A DNA stretch of 64,000 nt from Planctomycetota bacterium (GTDB lineage: Bacteria; Planctomycetota; B15-G4). Numbering within the stretch: the stretch's first letter is position 1; each line of letters begins with the position of its first letter. The translations under genes and the position numbers were made by a program. The notes beneath the pieces are model-generated. The model saw only the letters and a program-made list of their open reading frames with translations. It made no database searches and was not told where the DNA came from. Where the stretch lies: assembly GCA_965248575.1 (NCBI GenBank), contig CBDFJQ010000002.1:1408001-1472000 (forward strand). The letters are read 5' to 3'. Positions 48,029-57,470 of this stretch are shown piece after piece.

Positions 48029-48063
48029 GACTCGTCTCGATTCACAAAGTGAGATTCCCTTCG

Positions 48064-48786
48064 ATGAAGGTCACCCAACTGTTCCTCCTCGTCGCCCACG
48101 TGGCGTTTGCTCCGGTGATGGTCCTGGCCCAGGACGATGCCCCGGCCGCTGCCGAAGCCGTGGAGACCAACGCAGCGTCCAGCTTCTTCGAAAATGCGGG
48201 CGCCATCGGCATGGTGATCATCGCCCTGTCGATCGTGGCGCTGACCTTGATCATCAAGGAGATCATGGCCGTGCGTCGCGACCAGCTCGCGCCTCCAGAA
48301 CTCGTGGACGAAGTGGAAGCCCTCTTCGAAGCCGGCGAGTACCAGGAGGCCATCGAGCTCTGCGAGACCGAGCCGTGCTACTTCACGAACATCGTGGCCG
48401 CAGGCTTGCCCAAGCTGAACGCTTCCTTCGACGCCATGGAGAAGTCGCTCGAGGAGATGGTCGAGGAAGAGACCATCAAGCTCCATGCCCGTCTCAGTTG
48501 GCTTTCGCTCATCGCCGGCGTGGCCCCCATGCTCGGTCTGATGGGTACGGTCAACGGCATGATCGGCGCTTTCGAGGTCATCGCGGCCTCCAAGGGTCAG
48601 GCCACGCCTGACAAGCTCGCCGGCGACATCTCCGGCGCCCTCATCACCACCCTGCTCGGTTTGATCGTGGCGGTGCCGGTGACGGCAGCTTTCGTGTTCT
48701 TGCGTAACCGCGTGGTGGCCTACTCGCTAGAAATCTCGGCGGTCGTCGAGGACCTGTTCGAGCGCTTCCGTCCGAACGAGTCCTAA
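48064..48786 (+). CDS. exbB: MotA/TolQ/ExbB proton-channel family protein
   Basis: IAGVAPMLGLMGTVNGMIGAF and ISGALITTLLGLIVAVP. Short N-terminal signal peptide. Confidence 0.93.
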   Translation: MKVTQLFLLVAHVAFAPVMVLAQDDAPAAAEAVETNAASSFFENAGAIGMVIIALSIVALTLIIKEIMAVRRDQLAPPELVDEVEALFEAGEYQEAIELCETEPCYFTNIVAAGLPKLNASFDAMEKSLEEMVEEETIKLHARLSWLSLIAGVAPMLGLMGTVNGMIGAFEVIAASKGQATPDKLAGDISGALITTLLGLIVAVPVTAAFVFLRNRVVAYSLEISAVVEDLFERFRPNES

Positions 48787-48880
48787 GCAGCCGTAGCACC
48801 GGCATGCCAGGCCTTCGTCCTGGCAGCCTCCCCCTGGCACGAGGCCTGACACCCGGGCCACCCCCACTGCGGATCGCGAC

Positions 48881-49342
48881 ATGGGCAAGAAGTCTCGCGA
48901 AGGTACCGAAGTCAAGATGGACATGACGCCGATGATCGACGTCGTGTTCCTCATGATCATCTTCTTCATGATCGTGAGTGATATGAGCCAGCAGGACCTG
49001 GCCGACATCACTCTGCCCATGGCCGAACAGGCCGTGGACGACAAGACCGAGAAGGGCCGGATGATCGTGAACATCTACCCGAACGGCGAAATCGAGATCA
49101 AGAAGCAGAAGTACCCCACGCTGGATGATCAGGCCGCCATCAGCGCCCTGCGCAGTTACCTCGCTTCTGAGGTCAGCAAGGGTGAAAAGGACGCTCAGGG
49201 GTTGTCGGAACGCGCATTGCTCATTCGCGCGGACAAGACCACCAAGTTCAAGGAAGTGCAGAAGGTGATGCGCATCTGCGGCGAGAACGGCATCCAGGTC
49301 TACAAGGTGCAACTCGCGGCAGCACAGAACGAGCAGCCGTAA
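48881..49342 (+). CDS. exbD: ExbD/TolR family protein 1
   Basis: MDMTPMIDVVFLMIIFFMI (essential TM Asp intact) and LLIRADK. Confidence 0.93.
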   Translation: MGKKSREGTEVKMDMTPMIDVVFLMIIFFMIVSDMSQQDLADITLPMAEQAVDDKTEKGRMIVNIYPNGEIEIKKQKYPTLDDQAAISALRSYLASEVSKGEKDAQGLSERALLIRADKTTKFKEVQKVMRICGENGIQVYKVQLAAAQNEQP

Positions 49343-49387
49343 GCGGGCTGATCGACCCAGCCCGGCCACCAGCACAGGAACGACGAC

Positions 49388-49828
49388 ATGGCACGCAAGA
49401 AGGCAACAATCGACGAAGTCGAAGTGGAGCTCACGCCCATGATCGACGTCGTGTTCCTGCTCTTGATCTTCTTCATCGTGACGATGAAGTTCAAAGTGCT
49501 GGAGGGGAGACTGGAGACCGAGCTGCCGAAGGACGTCGGCGTCAACTCTGGGGATGTGGAAGACCTGCTTGAGAAGGTCGAGATCCAGATCAAGTCGGAG
49601 CCCACGGAGGAGTTCGGCATGGAGGTCTTCATCAACGGCACGAAAGTGCCGAATCTGGCCACATTTCGCTCTCGGATCCGGGGTTTTATTACCCTGGCCC
49701 CGGACCAAAAAGCCACGCTGTACCCTGGCCCCAAAGTGAACTACGAGCAAGTGGTGAAGGTTGTCGACCAGTGCATCGAGGAGAAGCTGGTGGACATCAC
49801 CTTTGCCGGAGTGACTTGGGATGCTTGA
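49388..49828 (+). CDS. exbD: ExbD/TolR family protein 2
   Basis: ELTPMIDVVFLLLIFFIV (essential TM Asp intact) and YEQVVKVVD. Confidence 0.92.
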   Translation: MARKKATIDEVEVELTPMIDVVFLLLIFFIVTMKFKVLEGRLETELPKDVGVNSGDVEDLLEKVEIQIKSEPTEEFGMEVFINGTKVPNLATFRSRIRGFITLAPDQKATLYPGPKVNYEQVVKVVDQCIEEKLVDITFAGVTWDA

Positions 49829-49898
49829 TGGGATGCCTGACACCACACACATCGCGCCGACATGCAGCCGCAAGCCCGCGGCCCGCAGGTGGAGACTC

Positions 49899-52442
49899 AT
49901 GAAGATGACTCGGACCCGGATCCGCTGGACCCTCTCGCTTGTCTTGGCCGTGGTGGTGCCGCTCAGCGCCCCCGCCGTGGTCCATGCGCAGGACGACGAT
50001 GCGATGCAGTCCGAGCGGACACGCCGCGAGTTGATGGCGCAAAAGACCTACCTCCTGGTCGAGCACTACACCCAGAACGCCCGCGATCTGGAAGAGCGTC
50101 TCAACTTCGGCGCCGCAGAGGGCGAGCTCAAGAAGGCCCTGGCCCTCGACCCCACCAACCGCGTGGTCAGTCAGTACCTGCAGGAGATCCAGGCGCTGTT
50201 GGGTCACCCCGAGGCCGAGGCCGCGCTGCTGCGTCGCTCAGCTCGCGAGCGCTACGAGGCACAGCGCCAGCAGATGCGCACCCTGGCCATGACCGATCTG
50301 TCTGCCGGGCGTGAAGCCCTCGATTCAGGCGACTACGACACGGCCGTCAACCTGGCTCGTGCCGTGAACAACCAGATCGCCTGGACGGAAGGCGAGCTGG
50401 ATTGGGGCACCCTCCCCGCTGATGCACAGGGTTTCCTCGCACAGGCCGAGCAGGCCAAGAGTGCGCACGAGGCCGAGGTTCGTCAGACGCAGCGCGAAGA
50501 GACCTACAAGCGTCTGCGTGACGAAGAGGATCTCGACGTCCGACGCGAAGAGCAGCGCATCCAGAGTCTCATCATCGCCGCCACCACGGCTTTCGATCGG
50601 GGCGAGTACGACAGCGCCAGCCAACTGGCTCAGGGCATCCTGGACCTCGACCAGCACAACGTGCAGGGCAAGGCGATCCTGGAAGCCTCCCGCGATGCAT
50701 CCCGCGAGTACGCGGACCGCCTGTTCGTGCAACGTCGCCGGGAAGAGTTCAACCGCTGGCGCAACAACATGGAGCGGGTGCGCATCCCCCACACCGACAT
50801 CTTCACGGAGCCCTCGAAGGAGCACTGGGCGGAGATCACGCGCCTGCGCAGCCTTGATATCTCCTTGGGACTCGCGGCGCTCGACCCCGAGCGCGTCGCC
50901 CTGCTGGAGCGCATGCGCTCCGCCAAGATGGATGTGGAGTTCGACCAGAAGACGATCACCGAGGTCGCGAACAACATCTACTTCTCCACGGACGTGCCCG
51001 TCTCGGTGGATCCCGAGGTGGTGATCGAACTGGACGACAGCGGTGAGACGGTCGACCTGACCGGCCTCCGCAACCTCAGCGTCGAGGAAGTGCTCAACAT
51101 CATCACCGATCAGGTGGGCACCGACCTGGCCTGGACCGTGCGCAACGGTCGCGCCTACATCACGCTCAAGGAAAAGGCTGCTGGCGAGCCCGTCGTGCGG
51201 GTGCACCCCATCCAGGACCTGACCTTCAAGATCACGGACTTCAAGGGCACCAACATCCGCGAGATCGCCCTGCCCGGCGAAGCGGGTGACGACAACGAGA
51301 CCACCATCTTCAACTCGGAGCTGGAGCAGGTCACCTTGATCGACCCCGAAGAGGTCTTGAACCTCGTGCGCGAGAACATCGCCACCGAGGACTGGGACCT
51401 TTCCGACGCCTACAACATCGACTTCGTGGACAACAACAACCTGTTGGTGATCCACACTCCCGAAGTGCAGGCCCAGGTCGCGAGCTTCCTGAACGACCTC
51501 CGCGCGTTCTCCACCAGCATGGTGACGCTCGAGTCGCGCTTCTTCAGCATCACTGACTCCTTCATCGAAGAGATCGGCACGGACCTTCGGGGCTTGGACG
51601 CCGACGGGCCGTTCTCCGAGTTCTACGACCTCAACTCCTCGGCTGTCACCGGCAACCCGACGCAGGGTCTGGACAACCTGGGCGACGGCAACAGCAACCC
51701 CAACGCGGGTGCCTTCTTCGAGGATGGCGGCGACCAGATCTACGGGCTGGCGTCTGAGAACTTCTTCGCCAACCCGCTCGGTTCGCTGCTCTCAACGGTG
51801 GGCGGCGGCGCCTTCCAGTTCACGATTCTTGACGACACATCCGTGAACATCGTCATGAATCTGGTGAGCAAGAGCGAGAACGCGACCGAGATCAGCGCGC
51901 CCATCGTCTCGGTCTACAACACGCAACGTGCCTTCGTGACGGTGGTCAACCAGGTGTCCTTCGTCCAGGGCTTCGAGGTGGACGTGGCCACGGCAGCCTT
52001 CATCGCTGACCCGGTCATCGGCGTCGCGCAGGAGGGCATCGTGCTCGACGTGCGGCCTACCATCAGCTACGACCGCAAGTACGTCGCTCTCGACGTGCAG
52101 ACCACCGTGGCCGAGCTGGAGCGCCCCTTCCGGACCGTTACCACGCTGTTGGGTCCGAACGGTTCGCCCGTGACCTTCGCCATTCCCGTGCTCAACGTGC
52201 AGGACGCCCAGACCACCGTGGTGGTTCCTGACGGCGGCGCGGTCGTGCTCGGCGGCTTCAAGCACGTGCGCTACAAGAACCGCACCGCTGAGTCTCCTTG
52301 GTTCTCCGACATCCCCGTGCTCGGGTTCTTCTTCCGCGAAAAGGGCCTGGCCGACGAGGTCACGGACCTGATCATCGTCATCCGCGCGAAGATCACCGAT
52401 TTCGGATACCTGCGCGACGAGGGCCAAACGGCCTCTCGCTGA
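49899..52442 (+). CDS. Secretin 2 (GspD/PilQ superfamily) with Sec signal and N-terminal TPR-like/coiled-coil region
   Basis: GGAG before ATG 49899, signal peptide ending VHA-Q. Motifs SAPIVSVYNTQRA, GIVLDVRP, TTVVVPDGGAVVLGGF, PWFSDIPVLGFFF and LIIVIRAKI. Confidence 0.9.
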   Translation: MKMTRTRIRWTLSLVLAVVVPLSAPAVVHAQDDDAMQSERTRRELMAQKTYLLVEHYTQNARDLEERLNFGAAEGELKKALALDPTNRVVSQYLQEIQALLGHPEAEAALLRRSARERYEAQRQQMRTLAMTDLSAGREALDSGDYDTAVNLARAVNNQIAWTEGELDWGTLPADAQGFLAQAEQAKSAHEAEVRQTQREETYKRLRDEEDLDVRREEQRIQSLIIAATTAFDRGEYDSASQLAQGILDLDQHNVQGKAILEASRDASREYADRLFVQRRREEFNRWRNNMERVRIPHTDIFTEPSKEHWAEITRLRSLDISLGLAALDPERVALLERMRSAKMDVEFDQKTITEVANNIYFSTDVPVSVDPEVVIELDDSGETVDLTGLRNLSVEEVLNIITDQVGTDLAWTVRNGRAYITLKEKAAGEPVVRVHPIQDLTFKITDFKGTNIREIALPGEAGDDNETTIFNSELEQVTLIDPEEVLNLVRENIATEDWDLSDAYNIDFVDNNNLLVIHTPEVQAQVASFLNDLRAFSTSMVTLESRFFSITDSFIEEIGTDLRGLDADGPFSEFYDLNSSAVTGNPTQGLDNLGDGNSNPNAGAFFEDGGDQIYGLASENFFANPLGSLLSTVGGGAFQFTILDDTSVNIVMNLVSKSENATEISAPIVSVYNTQRAFVTVVNQVSFVQGFEVDVATAAFIADPVIGVAQEGIVLDVRPTISYDRKYVALDVQTTVAELERPFRTVTTLLGPNGSPVTFAIPVLNVQDAQTTVVVPDGGAVVLGGFKHVRYKNRTAESPWFSDIPVLGFFFREKGLADEVTDLIIVIRAKITDFGYLRDEGQTASR

Positions 52443-52446
52443 GCCC

Positions 52447-53178
52447 GTGGCACGCCGCCTCTCCGCGATCTACTTCGACGTCGACGACACGCTGTACTCG
52501 ACCACCGAGTTCGCGAGTCGAGCACGCCAGAACGCCGTCTCGGCCATGGTCCAGCAAGGCCTGCGGCTCCCGGTCGACGTGGTTCGCCGCGAGCTCGATG
52601 AAGTCATCGCCGAGTTCACGAGCAACTACCCCAACCACTTCGACAAGCTCCTGGCACGGCTCCCTCGCAAGGCTTGGGCCAGCACGAATCGCGGTCTCAT
52701 CATCGCCGCGGGCATCATGGGCTACCACGCCACGAAGCAGGAGCTGCAGCCCTTCGACGACGTGCTCCCCTTCTTCCAGCTCGTCACCGAGAGCACGAAT
52801 TTGCCCCTGGGCATCGTGACACACGGGCTCGAGATCAAGCAGGCAGAGAAGCTCCTGCTCCTGGGTGTCGTGCCGTACCTGCACCCCGAAGCCGTGGTCA
52901 TCAGCGATCAGGAGGGCATCAGCAAGCCCAACCCCAAGCTCTACCTGCGCGCCTGCGCGCGCCTCGGACTGGACCCGAGTGAGGTCATGTATTGCGGCGA
53001 CAACCCCGCCCATGACATCGACCCCGCCCACGCCCTGGGCATGGTCACCGTCAGGGTGCGAAGGGACAACCGCTTCGCCCAGATGGAGAGCGAGGCGCCC
53101 GCAGACTACGACGTCTCCTCCTTTGACGAGCTCGTCCCCAAGTTGCGCGAAGACTTCGAGTTGATGGTCGGCCCGTGA
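52447..53178 (+). CDS. HAD-superfamily hydrolase, subfamily IA
   Basis: FDVDDTLY, SKPNP and CGDNPAHDI. Confidence 0.92.
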   Translation: MARRLSAIYFDVDDTLYSTTEFASRARQNAVSAMVQQGLRLPVDVVRRELDEVIAEFTSNYPNHFDKLLARLPRKAWASTNRGLIIAAGIMGYHATKQELQPFDDVLPFFQLVTESTNLPLGIVTHGLEIKQAEKLLLLGVVPYLHPEAVVISDQEGISKPNPKLYLRACARLGLDPSEVMYCGDNPAHDIDPAHALGMVTVRVRRDNRFAQMESEAPADYDVSSFDELVPKLREDFELMVGP

Positions 53179-53224
53179 TTCGGCCGTCTGCGGGCTCCCG
53201 AATGGGCTCGCCCGGGGGCCTCGC

Positions 53225-54865
53225 GTGAGCCGCGAGCGTGGAAGACTGCTGGTCGCAGCGATCCTGGCAGCAGCCCTGATCTTCACGGTCGCGGTGCTGG
53301 GTCGTCGTCCACCGTCACCTCGGGCAGACTTCGCCTTCTGCAATCAAGCCGACCCGTCCTCCCTCGACCCTGCCGTCGCCACCGGCGTACCGGATGCGCG
53401 CATCTTGCGGGCCCTGCTCGAAGGCCTCACCCGCCAGGACCCTGCCACCAACGCTCCACTGCCTGCCGCAGCCGAACGCTGGAGCACCAGCCCGGACGGG
53501 CTGGAGTGGCGCTTCTTCATGCGCAAGGAGGCGCTCTGGAGCAACGGTGACCCGGTCACCGCCCACGACTTCGTGTACAGCCTGCGCCGCGTGCTGGACC
53601 CGGCGACTGCCTCCCGCTACGCCTACCTGCTGTGGAGCATCCAGGGAGCCAGGGCTCTCACGGAAGGCCGGGCACCGGAAAGCTCTCCGAGCTTGGGTCT
53701 GGAAGCCGTGTCCGACCACGAACTGCTCATCCGGCTGGAGCGCCCGACCCCCTATCTAGCCTCCCTGCTGTCGTATCACACCTTCGCCGCCGTCCATCAG
53801 CCCACGCTGGAGAAGCACGGTACCTCCTGGATGAAACCCGATCGGCTCGTGGGCAACGGCCCGTTCATCATGACCGAGCGGCGTCTTCGCGACCGCATCC
53901 GCCTGGAGCGGTCCGACACCTACTGGGGCCGCGACGAGGTGGGCTTGCAGTCGGTGGTGGCCTACTCAGCGAGCGGCATCACGACCCAGCTGAACATGTA
54001 TCTCCTAGGTGAGGTGGACTGGATGATCAAACCGCCACCTGGGCTCTACAGCTCCCTCAGCGAGCGGGATGACCTGCTGGTGGGCGGCCAGCTCGGCTGC
54101 ACGTTCATGCGCTTCAACACGTGGGGTGGCGCGTTCAAGAACACAGCTGAAGACTCCCCTTTCCGTGACCTGCGGGTACGCACCGCGCTGATGCTCGCCC
54201 TGGACCGGAAGGCGCTGGCTCGGGATGTCATGCGCGGTGGGCAGGAGCCCCTGGATTCCTTCGTCCCCGCTGGGCTGCCCGGCTACGAGCCCGCACTCCT
54301 GCCCCAACCGAACCTGCAACGCGCACGTGAGCTCCTGGCCGAGGCCGGCTATCCCAACGGCGAGGGGTTTCCCAAGTTCTCGATCCTCTACCCACACAAT
54401 GAAACCACCAGGGACTTCTGCGAGGCCGTGGCGACGCGCTGGCGACGCAGCCTGGGGCTCGAATCGGAGTTGGTGAACCAGGTCTTCGGGGTGTACATCG
54501 ACAGCACCCAAGCAGGCCTGTTCGACGTGGCCTGGGGAGCATGGATCGGTGACTACCTGGATCCGAGCACGTTCCTCGAGGTCTTCCTGAGCGAGAGTGG
54601 AAACAACCGCACCGGCTGGGCCAGCGAGGCCTACGACGCCCTGGTCCAGGAGGCCGGCGGGGACACCGACCCAGCTCGCCGCGCCCGCCTCTACCGGGAA
54701 GCAGAAGCGCTGCTCCTGAAGGATGTGCCCATCGCTCCCATCTACCAGCGCGTGAACATCAACCTGGTGTCACCGCGCATCGAGGGCTTCTACGACAATC
54801 TGCTGGATTCGCATCCGCTGCGTGACATCTCGTTGCGTGAGACGCGCGGGAACGACCGGCGTTGA
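53225..54865 (+). CDS. oppA: Oligopeptide ABC transporter substrate-binding protein (family 5)
   Basis: SLDP, LLEGL, WSNGDPVTAHDFVYS, GNGPF and WIGDYLDPSTFL. Confidence 0.92.
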   Translation: MSRERGRLLVAAILAAALIFTVAVLGRRPPSPRADFAFCNQADPSSLDPAVATGVPDARILRALLEGLTRQDPATNAPLPAAAERWSTSPDGLEWRFFMRKEALWSNGDPVTAHDFVYSLRRVLDPATASRYAYLLWSIQGARALTEGRAPESSPSLGLEAVSDHELLIRLERPTPYLASLLSYHTFAAVHQPTLEKHGTSWMKPDRLVGNGPFIMTERRLRDRIRLERSDTYWGRDEVGLQSVVAYSASGITTQLNMYLLGEVDWMIKPPPGLYSSLSERDDLLVGGQLGCTFMRFNTWGGAFKNTAEDSPFRDLRVRTALMLALDRKALARDVMRGGQEPLDSFVPAGLPGYEPALLPQPNLQRARELLAEAGYPNGEGFPKFSILYPHNETTRDFCEAVATRWRRSLGLESELVNQVFGVYIDSTQAGLFDVAWGAWIGDYLDPSTFLEVFLSESGNNRTGWASEAYDALVQEAGGDTDPARRARLYREAEALLLKDVPIAPIYQRVNINLVSPRIEGFYDNLLDSHPLRDISLRETRGNDRR

Positions 54866-55791
54866 AGAGCCTGACGCACCTCCTGCTGCGCGCCCTGGGC
54901 ATCGTGGGCATCGTGCTCGTTGTCGTCAGCGTGTGTTTCGTGCTGATGCATGCGGTCCCCGGCGGCCCCTTCGACGACGGTCGGGACATGGACCCGAGCA
55001 TCAAGGCCAACCTTCTCGCGCGCTACGATCTGGATGCTCCGCTGCCCGAGCAATACGTGCGCTACTTGAGCAACGTCTTCCTGCACCTCGACCTCGGCCC
55101 ATCACTGAAACTCCGCGACTACTCAGTCAACGAGGTGATCGCCGAGAGCTTTCCGGTGTCCATGGTCTTGGGCCTCTACGCCATGCTCTTCGCCCTGGCC
55201 TTCGGCCTCCTGGCAGGCGCCCTTGCTGCCGCGCGGCGCGGCACCTGGGTCGACACCTTCGTCATGGGCGCTGCCACCTTCGGCATCTCGCTGCCCAACT
55301 TCGTCGTGGCTGGCATGCTCGTGCTGCTGTTCGTCTTCCAGTGGCGCCTATTCCCCTTGGCAGGTTTGGATTCAGTAGCCCACCTGGTGTTGCCCTCCAT
55401 CGCCCTGGGGCTGCCCTTCGCCGCGTCCATTGCGCGCCTCTTCCGTACCGGCTTGTTGGAGGTGCTGGGTGAAGATTGGATCCGCACCGCACGCAGCAAG
55501 GGCCTCTCGGGCCGAGCCGTCTTGTGGAAGCACGCTGCCCAACCCGCACTCTTGCCCGTGGTGAGCTTTCTCGGCCCCGCCTTGGCCGGCATCCTCTCGG
55601 GCTCGCTCGTGGTGGAGCAGATCTTCGCCATCCCAGGTATGGGCAGCCACTTCGTCGACTCCGCACTGAACGCCGACTACTACCTCGCCTCCGGCGTGGT
55701 CATCCTCTACACGGTGCTCGTGTCCAGCGCGAACCTGGTGGTGGACCTGCTCTACGCCCTGCTCGACCCGCGGATCGGGGACGCGCCATGA
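54862..55791 (+). CDS. oppB: Oligopeptide ABC transporter permease
   Basis: VPGGPF, LDLGPS, RTARSKGL (EAA-loop region), VEQIFAIPGMG and DLLYALLDPRI. Confidence 0.93.
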   Translation: MKSLTHLLLRALGIVGIVLVVVSVCFVLMHAVPGGPFDDGRDMDPSIKANLLARYDLDAPLPEQYVRYLSNVFLHLDLGPSLKLRDYSVNEVIAESFPVSMVLGLYAMLFALAFGLLAGALAAARRGTWVDTFVMGAATFGISLPNFVVAGMLVLLFVFQWRLFPLAGLDSVAHLVLPSIALGLPFAASIARLFRTGLLEVLGEDWIRTARSKGLSGRAVLWKHAAQPALLPVVSFLGPALAGILSGSLVVEQIFAIPGMGSHFVDSALNADYYLASGVVILYTVLVSSANLVVDLLYALLDPRIGDAP

Positions 55792-56786
55792 GCAACGGGA
55801 CCTCCTCACGGCGAGGCGTCTGGCAGCGCCTCGTCGCGCGGCCAGGAACTCGACCCGCCCTCTGGATCCTGGGTACGGTGGTCTTGGCCGTCCTGGCGGC
55901 TCCTTGCCTCCCCTTGCCAGCCCCATCCGAAATGTCTCCCGAGCTGGCCAACCATGGCCCCGCCGGGCACTGGGGCGTAGCCAGCGAGATCAGCCTCCAC
56001 GAGCTGGCCGCCGCGCACCCCTGGGCGGCAGGCATCCGCGGCGCCGTCTTTGGCGACTCCGAATTCGCTGGCGTGTTCGGCACGGATGATCTGGGTCGGG
56101 ACCTCTTGTCCCGCATCCTGTGGGGCGGCCGCGTCTCACTCATGGTGGGCCTCCTGGCGACCCTCGTCTCGGCCCTGCTCGGCGTGGGTTGGGGGGTCAT
56201 CGCTGGCTATGTGGGCGGCCGCATCGACCAGCTCATGATGCGCCTCGTCGACGTGCTCTATTCCATCCCATTCCTGTTCGTGGTGATCCTGTTGATCGCC
56301 GTCCTCCGGGATGACGAACTCGCCAGCGCCATGCGGGCGCTCGGGCTCGACCGGCTTTCCGTGCTCTACCTCGTCATCGGCGGCATCAGCTGGTTGACCA
56401 TGGCTCGTATCGTGCGTGGCCAGGTGCTGGCTCTGCGCCGTGCACCCTTCGTCGATGCAGCCCACGCCCTGGGCGCCCGGGGAGGGCGCATCATCACTCG
56501 ACACATTCTCCCAAACCTCTGGGGCATCATCGTCGTCTACCTCACCTTGACGGTCCCGCGGGTGATGCTCTTCGAGGCGTTCCTGAGCTTCCTGGGCCTC
56601 GGGGTGGAGCCACCAGGGGTCTCCTGGGGAATCCTCGCCAGCGAGGGCCTGGAGAGCCTGACGGTGCTCGGAGTCAGCTGGTGGCTGGTGGCCTTCCCAG
56701 GCCTCGCGCTGGCGATCACGTTGGGAACGCTGAACAGTCTGGGCGACGCGCTGAGGGATGCGCTCGACCCACGACTCACGCGCTGA
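55788..56786 (+). CDS. oppC: Oligopeptide ABC transporter permease
   Basis: [30 protein letters not shown] and [11 protein letters not shown]. Confidence 0.93.
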   Translation: MSNGTSSRRGVWQRLVARPGTRPALWILGTVVLAVLAAPCLPLPAPSEMSPELANHGPAGHWGVASEISLHELAAAHPWAAGIRGAVFGDSEFAGVFGTDDLGRDLLSRILWGGRVSLMVGLLATLVSALLGVGWGVIAGYVGGRIDQLMMRLVDVLYSIPFLFVVILLIAVLRDDELASAMRALGLDRLSVLYLVIGGISWLTMARIVRGQVLALRRAPFVDAAHALGARGGRIITRHILPNLWGIIVVYLTLTVPRVMLFEAFLSFLGLGVEPPGVSWGILASEGLESLTVLGVSWWLVAFPGLALAITLGTLNSLGDALRDALDPRLTR

Positions 56787-56817
56787 GCCCCTCCCGATCG
56801 GTATCCTCGGGGTCGTG

Positions 56818-57459
56818 ATGCCGCTACCCGCACAGTCCTCACGCCCGCGTCCCGGTAGGCGCTGGAGCCGCGCCGGAATCCGGCTGCTTGCAGCATGGCT
56901 GGTGTGTGCACAGCTCCTGGCCTGTGGACTCATCTCCAGCAACCCCATCGACCTGGATCAAGCCGCAGCGGCCTCATCGCTCGCCTTCATCGTCAACACC
57001 GATGGGCGCACGGATCGCGTCCAGTACCAGATCGACCCTGAAGCCGTTCCAGCCCCGGCCAAGGCAGCCATGGACCGCCTCCATCCGGGTTCGCCCTACA
57101 CGGCTGCAAAATTCGAAACCGACGGGCAGCAAAAGCTCTACCGCCTGTGGCGCACGGTGAACCACCTGGAGGTGTCCGCCGCCTTCAGGGCCGACGGCAC
57201 CCTGCTCAGCGAAGAGATGGAGATCCCGGTCGAGAAGACCCCTTCGCCCGTGCTCGAGACCATCACGGAGCGCTTCCCGAATGCCACGGACCCGCGCTAC
57301 AGCGAGGTCCGCGACGTCAACCGGACCATCCGTTCCTATCACGTCCGCCTGCGCCTCGACGAGCGCCAGTACAAGCTGCAGCTCTATCCGAACGGCGTAC
57401 TCATCAACACGCGGATCCTCGTGAACGCCCAGGTCGAGGTGCCGGTCGAGCTCTTCTAG
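56818..57459 (+). CDS. Probable lipoprotein with tandem PepSY/BLIP-like repeats
   Basis: Lipobox LLAC and two repeats (VPAPAKAAM..HP...FRADGTLL; TPSPVLETI..FP...LYPNGVLI). Confidence 0.65.
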   Translation: MPLPAQSSRPRPGRRWSRAGIRLLAAWLVCAQLLACGLISSNPIDLDQAAAASSLAFIVNTDGRTDRVQYQIDPEAVPAPAKAAMDRLHPGSPYTAAKFETDGQQKLYRLWRTVNHLEVSAAFRADGTLLSEEMEIPVEKTPSPVLETITERFPNATDPRYSEVRDVNRTIRSYHVRLRLDERQYKLQLYPNGVLINTRILVNAQVEVPVELF

Positions 57460-57470
57460 CGGCGGCGCGC

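Noticed and set aside
37519..52442. Calling the cluster a standard type II secretion or type IV pilus operon
   Set aside because: No assembly ATPase, platform protein, pilins or prepilin peptidase within the window, and the ExbBD and TPR genes are not part of those systems. The missing parts could still be encoded elsewhere.
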